From Acinetobacter phage Presley: a stretch of 64,000 nt of DNA. Both the position numbers and the translations under genes were made by a program. Below the pieces are notes generated by a model. It had not been told where the DNA came from and did no database searches. It saw only the letters and a list, made by a program, of their open reading frames with translations. The DNA is taken from sequence record KF669658.1. One strand, given 5' to 3'. Shown here piece after piece: positions 26,374-36,800 of the stretch (positions within the stretch are counted from its first letter, which is position 1; each line of letters starts with the position of its first letter).

Positions 26374-27062
26374 GTGAACTCGTTCTAGCTGTAAACCGTG
26401 CTGAGTTATTTAAACAAGGCATCCATGATAGTGGCTTATGCTCGTTTGATTTACATGCAGTAAACCAGATAAACTATGCCTTATTACCGCGTGACTTTGC
26501 AGATAACAAATCACCCGAAGCGTTAGTCTTAGGTAATATCTTTGCTCAAATTCTTAGCTACGTAGTAGTTAAAAATGAAAAAGGACAAATCCTTACCTAC
26601 CAGCGTAAAGGTAAAGAGAAGGGACTACTTGGTAAGTGGTCTATTGGTGTAGGCGGTCACATTAGCCAACAAGACTTCTTTACCATTATCAATGAAACAC
26701 ATTCAGATTTCCCTGCATTAATGGATCTCATTATGCGTGGTACTGAACGTGAATTAGAGGAAGAACTTGGTATTGATGTTCAATACTGTTCTGAAATGTT
26801 CAATACATCAGAAGACTTCGCAGAAGCTATTAAATATTGCTTATCATCTTATGATGATTCAACTTCATCAGTACATGTAGGTTTACCATTCATTATTGAA
26901 GTAAAGCAGTCGGATATTACATTCGATCCAAAAGAATTTAATAACCTGCAATGGCTAGATCCAAAAGAACTTGTTTATAGCCATAAACAAAAAACACGTG
27001 AATATGAAACATGGTCACGTATCTTGATTAAAAACTTTAATAAGTTTACAGCAGAGGGCTAA
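26370..27062 (+). CDS. NUDIX hydrolase
   Basis: Nudix box 'GGHISQQDFFTIINETHSDFPALMDLIMRGTERELEEELGI' (GX5EX7REUXEEXGU); the ATG at 26370 has SD 'aggaaacag'. Confidence 0.6.
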   Translation: MSELVLAVNRAELFKQGIHDSGLCSFDLHAVNQINYALLPRDFADNKSPEALVLGNIFAQILSYVVVKNEKGQILTYQRKGKEKGLLGKWSIGVGGHISQQDFFTIINETHSDFPALMDLIMRGTERELEEELGIDVQYCSEMFNTSEDFAEAIKYCLSSYDDSTSSVHVGLPFIIEVKQSDITFDPKEFNNLQWLDPKELVYSHKQKTREYETWSRILIKNFNKFTAEG

Positions 27063-27066
27063 GACT

Positions 27067-27435
27067 ATGACCCCAATTGATTACCGTATTGGTTACAGAG
27101 TAAAAGTAGATCCAAAGGATTGTATTACGGCACGTTGTCGCTGGTCTAATATCGATTGGGGTACTCTATTTGAAGAGTTGGAATGGGGTTATGTATCTTC
27201 ATCCAATTACTTTAAAGGAGTTATCACCGAAGTAAAGACACATAAATTCTTTGGTTTAATTCAATTAGAAGAACCTATCTTTACGGTCATGCTTGATATA
27301 CCTAATCGTGGTCCGTACTACGTTACAACCCGACACCCTAAACTAATAGTAAGTTCACGTGATTTAATGACTATACATTACATCAATAAGTTTAGAACTT
27401 GCTCACAAAAGGATAACCATACTAATGGCAACTGA
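27067..27435 (+). CDS. hypothetical protein (122 aa)
   Basis: ORF. Confidence 0.45.
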   Translation: MTPIDYRIGYRVKVDPKDCITARCRWSNIDWGTLFEELEWGYVSSSNYFKGVITEVKTHKFFGLIQLEEPIFTVMLDIPNRGPYYVTTRHPKLIVSSRDLMTIHYINKFRTCSQKDNHTNGN

Positions 27436-27736
27436 AATTAACCAATTATACTTAGCCATGATTATTGGCTTTGGTTTAGCTATGGGAGTAGCTATCTTTA
27501 TTTCTGTATTGAAACTAGGTAGCAGTCTCATAGGATGGCTTGTAGAGCGCTCTATGGGCTATAAGAACTTTTCCTATAGTTCTACACCATCTAAACGTGT
27601 AAAGCTTGATGGACGCAAGTACATCGTAAATAGCGTGGTATCCAATGTAAGTGGATCTCATACTGTCCACTACTTAACTGGTATTGGTCCTAACAATCCA
27701 GACGTAGTAATCACAGTTAAAAATAAAGGGGCTTAA
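27425..27736 (+). CDS. small membrane protein (103 aa, one TM)
   Basis: SD 'aaggataacc'; 'LYLAMIIGFGLAMGVAIFISVL'. Confidence 0.45.
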   Translation: MATEINQLYLAMIIGFGLAMGVAIFISVLKLGSSLIGWLVERSMGYKNFSYSSTPSKRVKLDGRKYIVNSVVSNVSGSHTVHYLTGIGPNNPDVVITVKNKGA

Positions 27737-27744
27737 TGCCCCTT
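27726..27744. terminator. bidirectional terminator shared by convergent genes (aaggggc-ttaat-gcccctt)
   Basis: The hairpin contains the plus-gene stop and abuts the minus-gene stop. Confidence 0.55.
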
Positions 27745-28342
27745 ATTCAATTAACATTGTAAAGTAGTAACCCGTATAAATATCTATCAACCGTGTACTA
27801 CGTCCCCAACCATATGTACCCCATTCCGGATCAGAAGTAACAAAGGTCAGTTCCTGTGTTTCTTCGTTATATTCCTCTATAGCAACATGAAACACGGGTT
27901 TATTAAATGGATCTAGTAATGCAATAAAACCAGAAAACTTCTCTACATTAGTAATCTTATAAGTACCTGTACCTAATTTGATTAGTTGTTTTACTGGTTT
28001 ATTTTTAGTGACTAAATAGGGCCCTGCAACAAGCTTATCATCGTACACATCCATAGATGGCATAGCAGAACGAAGAACACGGTTACAGTCTACAAAACCT
28101 AAACCTATATTTTCACGTGCAGACTGTGCAGATGTTGCACCAGTACCACCACGGGTAACAGGCAATGAATGACCTATCAATTTATTACTACCCGTACCTC
28201 CTGTAAGAAAATCCATAATAATACGAATATTAGTATTAAGAATACGCCCTGCTACTGGAAGGAATTCCCCCTTCTTATCATTAATAGCTTCACCAATCTC
28301 AACGTATTCAACATCAGATTGACCATCATTGAAGTGCGACAT
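27743..28342 (-). CDS. short tail-fibre-like protein (199 aa)
   Basis: 'GGTGSNKLIGHSLPVTRGGTGATSAQSARENIGLG' is the conserved N-terminal phage tail-fibre motif; SD 'aggatga'. Confidence 0.5.
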   Translation of the reverse strand: MSHFNDGQSDVEYVEIGEAINDKKGEFLPVAGRILNTNIRIIMDFLTGGTGSNKLIGHSLPVTRGGTGATSAQSARENIGLGFVDCNRVLRSAMPSMDVYDDKLVAGPYLVTKNKPVKQLIKLGTGTYKITNVEKFSGFIALLDPFNKPVFHVAIEEYNEETQELTFVTSDPEWGTYGWGRSTRLIDIYTGYYFTMLIE

Positions 28343-28685
28343 TAGTTCTCATCCTATTATAAAATTCAATTGCAGCACGATGTTTTGCATCACACTCCCC
28401 GTATTTATAAACAGTATCCGTATAACCCTTTAATACCGTTCCACCTTTCCCGTCACTGAGCAAGCTCAGACTCCGGCAAGGTTCCACTATGTTCGCGGGC
28501 ATTGGTGGAAGTAATATTCCCGTTGAGGACTGACAACCCACTGTCATCAAAACAGGTATTAAGGTAAATAGGTTCCTTAACAATCGTTTCAACTTGCTTG
28601 ATTGTAATCTCGTTACGTGTCTCACGTTCTGTTTTCCCTTGTTCATGTTTTTTAGATACATCATTCGCAATATCATTGCGCTCAA
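28326..28685 (-). CDS. o-spanin (Rz1-like outer-membrane lipoprotein), overlapping the i-spanin in another frame
   Basis: Signal-like 'KLKRLLRNLFTLIPVLMTVGC' with a lipobox-like TVGC; Pro-rich; the true start is probably internal (e.g. M14 at 28646). Confidence 0.45.
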   Translation of the reverse strand: MSAMILRMMYLKNMNKGKQNVRHVTRLQSSKLKRLLRNLFTLIPVLMTVGCQSSTGILLPPMPANIVEPCRSLSLLSDGKGGTVLKGYTDTVYKYGECDAKHRAAIEFYNRMRTNVALQ

Positions 28686-28845
28686 TTACCACCTTGATCT
28701 CTTGATCCTTCTTGGCTATCAGGTCTGATTGCAGACTACTGATAACCTCACCTCTATAAATAGCTAAGCCAGAAAAAGCTAATGAAGTGATTAAGAAGAA
28801 TCCTGCAAGGTATGGTGATAGAAACTTATACCAAGCAATAAACAT
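28453..28845 (-). CDS. i-spanin (Rz-like)
   Basis: N-terminal TM 'MFIAWYKFLSPYLAGFFLITSLAF', charged coiled-coil periplasmic part; the ATG at 28845 has a strong 'GGAGGT' SD; the longer track ORF runs antisense into the endolysin gene. Confidence 0.55.
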   Translation of the reverse strand: MFIAWYKFLSPYLAGFFLITSLAFSGLAIYRGEVISSLQSDLIAKKDQEIKVVIERNDIANDVSKKHEQGKTERETRNEITIKQVETIVKEPIYLNTCFDDSGLSVLNGNITSTNAREHSGTLPESELAQ

Positions 28846-28847
28846 GC

Positions 28848-29381
28848 TTAACCTCCAAGGTATTGATGAATATCCAAAGCAACTTGTTTGGCTACAGTCC
28901 AATAAGTGTCTTGGAATTGTTTTAATTTTTCATCATTAGAGATGAACTCTAATTCAAGGATTAAACCACCTGCATTAATATAACCGAGCTTACCACGTGC
29001 AGATTGGGACTGATCAATCCATCCATTATCACCACGAATAGGTGATCCCATAATCTTGGCTACACCTTGTGATAACTTCTGTGCAAGGACCTTATCTTTA
29101 GGTAGTGCAATAGTTTCCACACCTTTAGCAGTTTTATTGCTAGATGCATTCATGTGGAACTCAATTGCTACAGCAGAGCCTTTAATAAGCTTGATAGCTT
29201 CATTAAGGGATTGGTTATCAGAACCTACACCATCAGTACGTACGGTATAACCGTAATTACGTAGATAAGAAGCCACAGCATTACGGAACAGTACAGCTAA
29301 AGAAGCTTCGGTAACTTTACCGTTTACAGCACCCGGATCAACATTAGAATGGCCTGCAGTAATGGTCACGATCTTAGACAT
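28848..29381 (-). CDS. endolysin, N-acetylmuramoyl-L-alanine amidase (Amidase_3-like)
   Basis: 'ITAGHSNVDPGA...E' and 'IEFHMNAS' match the MurNAc-LAA zinc-amidase signature; 177 aa. Confidence 0.65.
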   Translation of the reverse strand: MSKIVTITAGHSNVDPGAVNGKVTEASLAVLFRNAVASYLRNYGYTVRTDGVGSDNQSLNEAIKLIKGSAVAIEFHMNASSNKTAKGVETIALPKDKVLAQKLSQGVAKIMGSPIRGDNGWIDQSQSARGKLGYINAGGLILELEFISNDEKLKQFQDTYWTVAKQVALDIHQYLGG

Positions 29382-29413
29382 ATTAGTTCTCTATAGAATA
29401 AACGGTAGAAGCA

Positions 29414-29441
29414 TTATCCTTAATGTTTATCCAGTAAGCAA
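29414..29441 (-). promoter_or_regulatory. candidate sigma70-type promoter for the lysis cassette (TTGCTT-16-GATAAT on the minus strand)
   Basis: Read from the reverse complement of 29382..29512; hexamer match only. Confidence 0.25.
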
Positions 29442-29512
29442 AAATAATTGAGACTAAGATAAGAATGTACTAAACTACCTTTGTTAATTTCTAACCAATA
29501 AGGGTAAACATC

Positions 29513-29728
29513 ATGGCTGGTTCAACAACACCAACTACAGTTAAAGGCATTCCGATGGATCAGATGAAGTTACTTAATGACTTCTCAAATACAATTCAAT
29601 CACGTCAATATAAAAACCAAGTAGCAGTTAAAAAACTGGTCCTATCATTTACAGCAGAAGAAGGCTTGAGCATTGAGATTGAAGAAGAACCTGCAGTAGT
29701 TACATCCCCACCTGTAGGCTCTGTATAA
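29513..29728 (+). CDS. hypothetical protein (71 aa), lone plus-strand gene between minus-strand genes
   Basis: SD 'aagggtaaacatc'; followed by the terminator at 29738. Confidence 0.4.
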   Translation: MAGSTTPTTVKGIPMDQMKLLNDFSNTIQSRQYKNQVAVKKLVLSFTAEEGLSIEIEEEPAVVTSPPVGSV

Positions 29729-29737
29729 ACTACAGAT

Positions 29738-29767
29738 AAAAAGAAGCCCCAATTAAGGGGCTTTTTT
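29738..29767. terminator. bidirectional terminator (aaaaag-aagcccc-aattaa-ggggctt-tttttt)
   Basis: 7-bp stem with A-run and T-run. Confidence 0.65.
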
Positions 29768-29777
29768 ATTTTCAAGG

Positions 29778-30452
29778 CTAAGAAGCAAATGATGCAATAT
29801 ATACAGGTAAGGTTCCCCCATTAAGGAAAGCTTTAAAATTATCATGTATTTCACCACCACGCCCCCAAGCTTTGAATTGCAATTGCAACTTACCATTTTC
29901 ATATCTACCAAATAAAGCCCCCCTTACAGCCGTACCCATAGGACCTGGGGCAAACAAACTTGGAAAACTATTCATAATAATATAGGGATTAAGACCAACA
30001 TCAACTGTTGTACCTGCAATTAATGTTTCAGCATCTAGTTGATACGCTTTTACAATTCTAGGTACATTTTTCGCAGAGTTAGCTGACCAAAGTAATTCAC
30101 CCTGTTCATCATAAACATCTAAGTAACCTGATACTTTTTGGTAGTCTTCGCCTAAAAATACAAGCTTACCTTGATTTTCTCCATACCAATACTGACCTGC
30201 AAATTCTCCACCTTCTATTGGTTTATATAGCGTTATAGTCCCGTCTGGTAATGTATTTCTTAAAGATGGGTAGCCTAGATACTTAGTTTTAATAAATGAA
30301 GGGGCCATAACTACATTACTCATAGTTGTTCCCGTGCCAACGACTGCCCCATCTATTGTTGTAATATCTTGCTCTAAAATAATCCCTAAATGTTTCATAG
30401 TGTCACTAACAATAACCTCACCTAAAACATTTCTTACTTCAAATCCTGACAT
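29778..30452 (-). CDS. hypothetical structural or fibre-associated protein (224 aa)
   Basis: ORF translationally coupled to the upstream gene. Confidence 0.5.
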   Translation of the reverse strand: MSGFEVRNVLGEVIVSDTMKHLGIILEQDITTIDGAVVGTGTTMSNVVMAPSFIKTKYLGYPSLRNTLPDGTITLYKPIEGGEFAGQYWYGENQGKLVFLGEDYQKVSGYLDVYDEQGELLWSANSAKNVPRIVKAYQLDAETLIAGTTVDVGLNPYIIMNSFPSLFAPGPMGTAVRGALFGRYENGKLQLQFKAWGRGGEIHDNFKAFLNGGTLPVYIASFAS

Positions 30453-30772
30453 TATGCATACCTATAAATATTCACATCGACATTTTGATTTCCAACAAAT
30501 TTAGATACCCTTACGGTATCATCTTTATATATTGATGCAATATGACCACCTTGTTGTTGCAATGATGGGTATTGCCCGGTATATGTTCCAACTGTTTTAC
30601 TTTTCACAATTGCAACATGTGTAGAGGGTTTAATACCTGGGTATGTGTAATCTACGGTTTTCTCATTTACAGGAAATTGAATGCTGAATGTATGAACTAA
30701 GTGTAGTTGCCTATCTGTAACATCTACAACACTCTTCCCATTTTCATCAAAACACTGTAAACCCTGCGACAT
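30452..30772 (-). CDS. hypothetical protein (106 aa)
   Basis: The track ORF begins at TTG 30784; the ATG at 30772 has SD 'ttggagttaaat'. Confidence 0.45.
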   Translation of the reverse strand: MSQGLQCFDENGKSVVDVTDRQLHLVHTFSIQFPVNEKTVDYTYPGIKPSTHVAIVKSKTVGTYTGQYPSLQQQGGHIASIYKDDTVRVSKFVGNQNVDVNIYRYA

Positions 30773-30782
30773 ATTTAACTCC

Positions 30783-30808
30783 AAAAATAAAAGGCTAGTT
30801 ACCTAGCC
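30783..30808 (-). terminator. minus-strand hairpin + T-run after the giant fibre gene (ggctag-ttac-ctagcc)
   Basis: The reverse complement gives gggctaggtaactagcc-ttttatttttgg. Confidence 0.45.
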
Positions 30809-30815
30809 CTGAATA

Positions 30816-33800
30816 TTACCATAGACCCATTCGTACCCTTAACACATTGTTATCATCGTACACAGTAATCAAACTACCTTGCATAACCATACGTGCTTTG
30901 TTTGGTTGGCTTGGATCTTTATAAGTAACCAATGTACCAAGGTTAGCAGAGATAGCAGATAAACTATCAACCTTTAATTTGGTTGCAGTAATAGAACCAT
31001 CTACAAGAAGCTCACCACCGAATCTACGCTTAACAACTACATCACCAATGTTCCAATATGTAGGGTTAGCTTCATTCTCAGATTGTTCAATCTGGAAGTA
31101 TAAAGCACCTGATTTAGCTAAACGTCCTGAACCGTTATTAGTTACAGTAAATGTACGGCGGTAACGATACCATCCACCTTGTACTTGATATAACTGTTCA
31201 GCAATTCCATATTGCCATGGTGCACTACCTGTTTGACCCCAATCATCATATACCCATAACCCTACACCCAACGGTCGATTAGGGCCATCACCAAATGCAG
31301 CAGTATATTCAATTACAATGGTATCACCCGGTCTTACCGGAATGAGGGCATTAGTATTACCAATATGATCACGACCGGATAACTGCATACCGTAACCTCC
31401 AAGTTCAGTAATATTAGCAATCATGACTGCTTTACCATTACTTAATACCGGACCATTAGGGTCAAAGTATCGATTAGGCCATAGGTTATCAGTAAGACCT
31501 AATGTCATCTTATCTGCAGAAATACTACCTGCTCTAATACGTGCAGCATCAATATAACCAGAAGTAATCTTACCTGCATCCAAAGTAGTAATCTTGGCAT
31601 TAGTAATAGACGCATCAGCGATATGTGCAGTACCAATGGTTGCATTAGCAATCATGGCTACATCAATCCAAGTACCTGCAGGATATGTAGTTCCACCAAT
31701 GGTCTGTGGACTGGTTAATACCATGAATGGTTTTTTACCATTGGTTGCAGTAGTGCCTTTACCTACATAGAAGTAATCAGCATTTACACCAAACGCACCT
31801 ACACCATCTTGGTTGTATACACCATACGAAGTAACCAATCCATTAACATCAGTCTTAACTACATATGAAGCTGCTAACCCATCTACTACACGTCCTTGTG
31901 TAACTAATGATGCAGAGTTATTACCTACATCAATTTGTAATTGAGTAACAGCCTGTGCATTGAGAGAAGCTTTATTATCTACCTGCCCTACATATACAGA
32001 TAGATCCTGTACAGCTTTAGCTTCTGCTTTCTGTCCTAAAGAGTTAAGGATATCCTTTGTAGGGCATGTCCAAACACTCCAAGTTTCACTTCCAGGATTA
32101 CCCTCAGAAAAGCGATAAGCTACTTCTGTACCATCTCCATTGGTTGCTACCTGTTGTACAGCACCACCTGACTTATCACCCCAAGGAGTAATAGTCTGTA
32201 AGTTACAGTACATAGAACTGATTAAGTTATTCACCCCAATAGTAGATGTAAGTTTAAATTCATTTACTGTTCTAAATGGATAAGTAGAACGGTAATACTC
32301 TGGTGCAAAATTATCGTAACGGGTATCTCTAATACTAACGATATTATTAATATTACTAATACTTGCATTAACGTTAGTTATTGCATTGGCATTGGTTACG
32401 ATATCACGTCCATTCTGTTTTACTTCTGCATTGAGTGTATTCAGTGCATCCGCAGTAGCAAACTTAGATTCATCAATTGATGGGGCACCTGCTAAACCAG
32501 AAGGAACACCACCAATAAGAGATAGGGGATATTTAATCCAATCATTCTGCACTGACGAAGTAAACATATGGCAGATACCAGTACCAGTAGCTGCTCCTTT
32601 ACGTGAAGTAAAGATAGGTAATCGATTATTACCCCACTTATCAAAGTAATCTCCAGTACCCCCATTAGCAATGATAGTGTTACGTAGTTGAACAACATAA
32701 TTATTGTTTGGAATAAACCATCCAATATTATCATTACCTACAAGAGTAAAATAATACTCGTTAGGGATATTATTATTAATATAGTTAGCACACGCTAACA
32801 TTGCATCTACACCTTGACCGTATGTATCAAAGATAGCAGTGTCATATAACTTACCATCAGGTCCATAAACCCAAATGGTTAGACCACGGCCCATTACACC
32901 TACCCGGCTACCTTGGCTGTCAATTAAACCAAAAGGCCCCGGACCAGCAGATGAACCATTACGGAAAGTAGAAATAATATAATCAACACGTGTAGCTAAA
33001 GTAGCTTTAACGTTATTAATAGATTGGCTATTGATAGTAATATTATTCTCAGTTTGTTCAACACGACCTGCTAGTAAACGAGTAGCATCAAACAATCCAG
33101 TAATATTACCTTCTGCAGTATTAACACGTCCTGTAAGATTTGTAAGATCAGAAGCTGTAGAAGTAATCTTACCTTCTACACGTTCAACACCTGCACGGTT
33201 TTCAGCAATAGATGCAGCAGTAGCATCTAAACGTGCCTGTGTTTCTTCTGCAGATTCAGACCAATCAGAACCAATTAAACCACGTTCTAATTTAACCTCA
33301 GATATTAGGATTTGAGTACCACTTGGCATGTTAGGCCCAAGATACATAACCAGATTGATTACATCATCTACTGCATAGCCTTTAACTGTATAACGTTTCC
33401 ATTCATTAGTTACTTTAATATAGCTACTATCAGGTTCTATTAATCTGACACCCTCAGTCATCAGGGATAATACTTCTGTACCATTATCGCCATAGGCCCA
33501 AATAGAACATGTTAGTGGTTCGCCTGCTTTAAACTTACCAGAAACACGTTGGTACATTCCTGCACCAGCGCTACCATTAATCTGCCACATAGCCTTACGA
33601 CCATTAGGAGGCCATGCGATATTAGGCCATTCTTCCTTTTTAATTAATGCAGTAAAGCCATTATTACCAATCCAAGCTCCATGGTTGTAATCATCTAATG
33701 CTGACTCCTTCAATAAATTCATATTGCCTGAGTACAGTGAAGCAGTAAGTTTGGTATTAGATAAAGCAATAGCGTTATCCACATCCTGTTTAGTTTGTAA

Positions 33801-36800
33801 ACCAACTAAAGCAGATGAATCAGCCTTTTTAAGTAAGTCGCCTTCAACAGTACCAACACGTCCGGCTAATGTAGTTACTGAATTATTGACGTTGGTTACA
33901 CGACCATCTACTAAATTAATCTCGCTTGATAGTGTTTGGTTTACATCAGACTGTGCAGTCCAGTCGCGCATATAGTCATAAGCAGATGGAAACCAGTTAG
34001 TAGCAGAACCAAATTCACCACGTACAAGAACAGCCCAATAAACAGTAGCTACTGTATTATCGGATACACCAGAAGCATGATTTAATAAATAGAAATTAAC
34101 AGCCTGCTCACTTGCGTGCTGTCCTACAATAAACGTACCTTTTATAATCTGTTTATCACCATTAACAGGGAAAGCAGCGGATACAATTCCTTCCCATCCA
34201 CCCCCTGCATACGGTACAAGAACGGTAGTTTGATCTCGTGATTCACGTCTATGTTCAGCACAATAGATAAGAGTATACTTCTCACCAATAATCCAAGGTT
34301 CACCTAACTCATAATAAGCATGGGGATACCCCCCTTCTACATAAGGTTGAACCTTATTAGATTTAATTAAGATGTTTTGAGAACTCTTAGACAACACACT
34401 TAGATTATTAGTAATTGAGTTAATCATATTAGTGTTAGAACTAATATCTTGCTCAGTCTGAGTTACACGATTATCAATAATCTGTACAGCACTTGTTTCT
34501 GCTTTAGATTCAACCTTACCTTCAACAATATTAAGACTGTTCTCTAAGATGTCAGTCTTATTGGTTAAGGTAGTAATACCATCTTTGTTTTGGTTTACCT
34601 GTGTAGTAAGTGATTCAACAATTTTAGCTTGACCATTTACAAGCTTAATATCATCAGCAATCTCTAATGACATGTAATCCAATAAAGTAGTAGATGTACC
34701 TCCTTCATTAGCAATAAATATCGGAGCAATATAAGCAGCGTGTGCCATTAATTGACTTGGACTATCTAGCGTACCGTTACCTGCAGCTACGCCAGATAAA
34801 GAACGACCAGATAGATAAAATTCACGTTCAATCCATTGCCCTACTGGCGGTTGAAGTGCATAGATCATATAGAAAGATGATGCAGGACCATCTGGAACTA
34901 ACACACCATCACTATTTACATATGCAGTCTTATCCGCATTCTTAGCTGCTACACCAAAATAGAATGAAGCTGTACCTGCTGTGGTTTCATATACACAAAA
35001 ACGTACTCGTAAACGGTACATACGTTTAGGATCAAATAATAAGAAACGGGATGAATGAACCCATATGTTATCTGTACCTGAATTATTACCCATAACAATA
35101 TAATTAGTATTACTTGCAGTGGTACTTTCAGTCTTACCTAAATAACCTGGGGTGTTATAGTTACGTGTTAAATCATTTGTTAAATCAGATCCACCATTAA
35201 TAAGAATAGCGTTAGTAGCCTGATTAATAGATGCATCCAATGAAACAAGTTTATCTTGCTGTGCTTTAATAGCCTCTTTGTTTATGGTTACTTGGTTATT
35301 AATCGTATCTACATACGTAGTATCCGCTTTCTTAGCAATATCCTTTTCAGCTTGGGTAACTGAATTGCGGATAGTTACAATATCTGCAGTATTAGAATCA
35401 ACTGAATCTTTAAGTACAGTAACCTTGTTATCAATAGTTTCTACATAAGATGCATCAGCTTTATTGGCTATGTCTTTACCAATCTGTACTACAGAATTCT
35501 CAAGCGTATTAACACGTCCACCAAGTGAATTAATACCATCACTATTCTGGATGACCTGAATAGTTAAATCAGCTAATGCTTTAGCATCAGCCTTATTAGT
35601 CATATCACCTTGGATAGTATTAATATCTGCTTTAATGTCAGTGATTGAACTCGCAATAGTAGCTATCTCGTCAGTGTTTTGTTTAGAGGTAATCTTTAAA
35701 CCATCAATAGCTTGACCATGCGTAGCAATTGTATTCTCAGCATTATTTAGATCAGTTTGAACATTAGTCAGAATACCTGACATACTTGTGACTTCATCAC
35801 CAACTGTTTTAAGTTCTGCAGACATATCCTGCAATGCTTTAGCGTTGGCATTAATATCAAGCTTAGCATTAGCCATGTCTGCTTCTACAGCAGCTACCTT
35901 ATCTGCAGTAACATTATTAGCATCAATAGCAATATTGGCTTTATCAAGCGCTAAAGCTGAATTAGTGATAGCCTGTTGGGTATCTGTATCCAAGGTATTA
36001 ACACGACCATCTAATACAGTTACAGCATTAGCAGTTGAAGCAGACTCTGCAGCTACTACTTCAATGCTACGTTGAACATTAGCCAAGGTACCATCAGTAG
36101 ATGCTTTGTAATTATCAAATGCATTAGTGATAGACGTGTCACCATCAATACGATGTTGGATCTCTTGAGTTAAACCGTCTTTAAGTAAGTCGATTTGTTT
36201 TAATCGCTCTTGGGTTTCCTCATCAATACTTGCCCATACGTCAGTCAGCTTCTCTTCAATTTCAGCAGACCTGTCGGCTGCTTCTTGAAGAAGCTGAGCT
36301 TGACGTATACGTGCTTCACGTTGTATTGCTTCAATACGTTCTGTGGATTCAGTAAGAATACGTTGAACCATTTCAGCTTGTGATACACGAATACTTTCAG
36401 CAGTATTATTAGCAAGGTTAATGGCATCTTCTTGTTGCTTTTTGACTTGTGCTAATAAGTCTTTTTGAAGTTGGTCTATATCTTCAATATTACCTGCAAG
36501 AAGTTTATCCAATTCTTGAATAACAGGTGCACTAGATAATTGCTCAATTGCTTTATCAATGATGTCTTTCTCATTGGGTAAACGATCTTGGAAATCTTTT
36601 AATGCATCATCTACAGTTTGTTGGTTTTGATCTTTATAGTTCTTGAACTGTCTTAGGATTTCTAAATCCCATTGACGAGCCTGTGACAAGATAGTCCAAG
36701 CACCGAACTGAATCTCACCATTATCCATAGTGATTTGTGCACTATCCATAGTGATATCACTAAGCATGTGCTCATAGTTCTTAACACGTTCATTAATCTC

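Noticed and set aside
30979-36427. Shadow ORFs antisense or out-of-frame within the 2133-aa fibre gene (for example 33031..33315 and 35788..36075)
   Set aside because: They are low-complexity Ala/Ser/Thr-rich translations opposite a long, clearly coding ORF.
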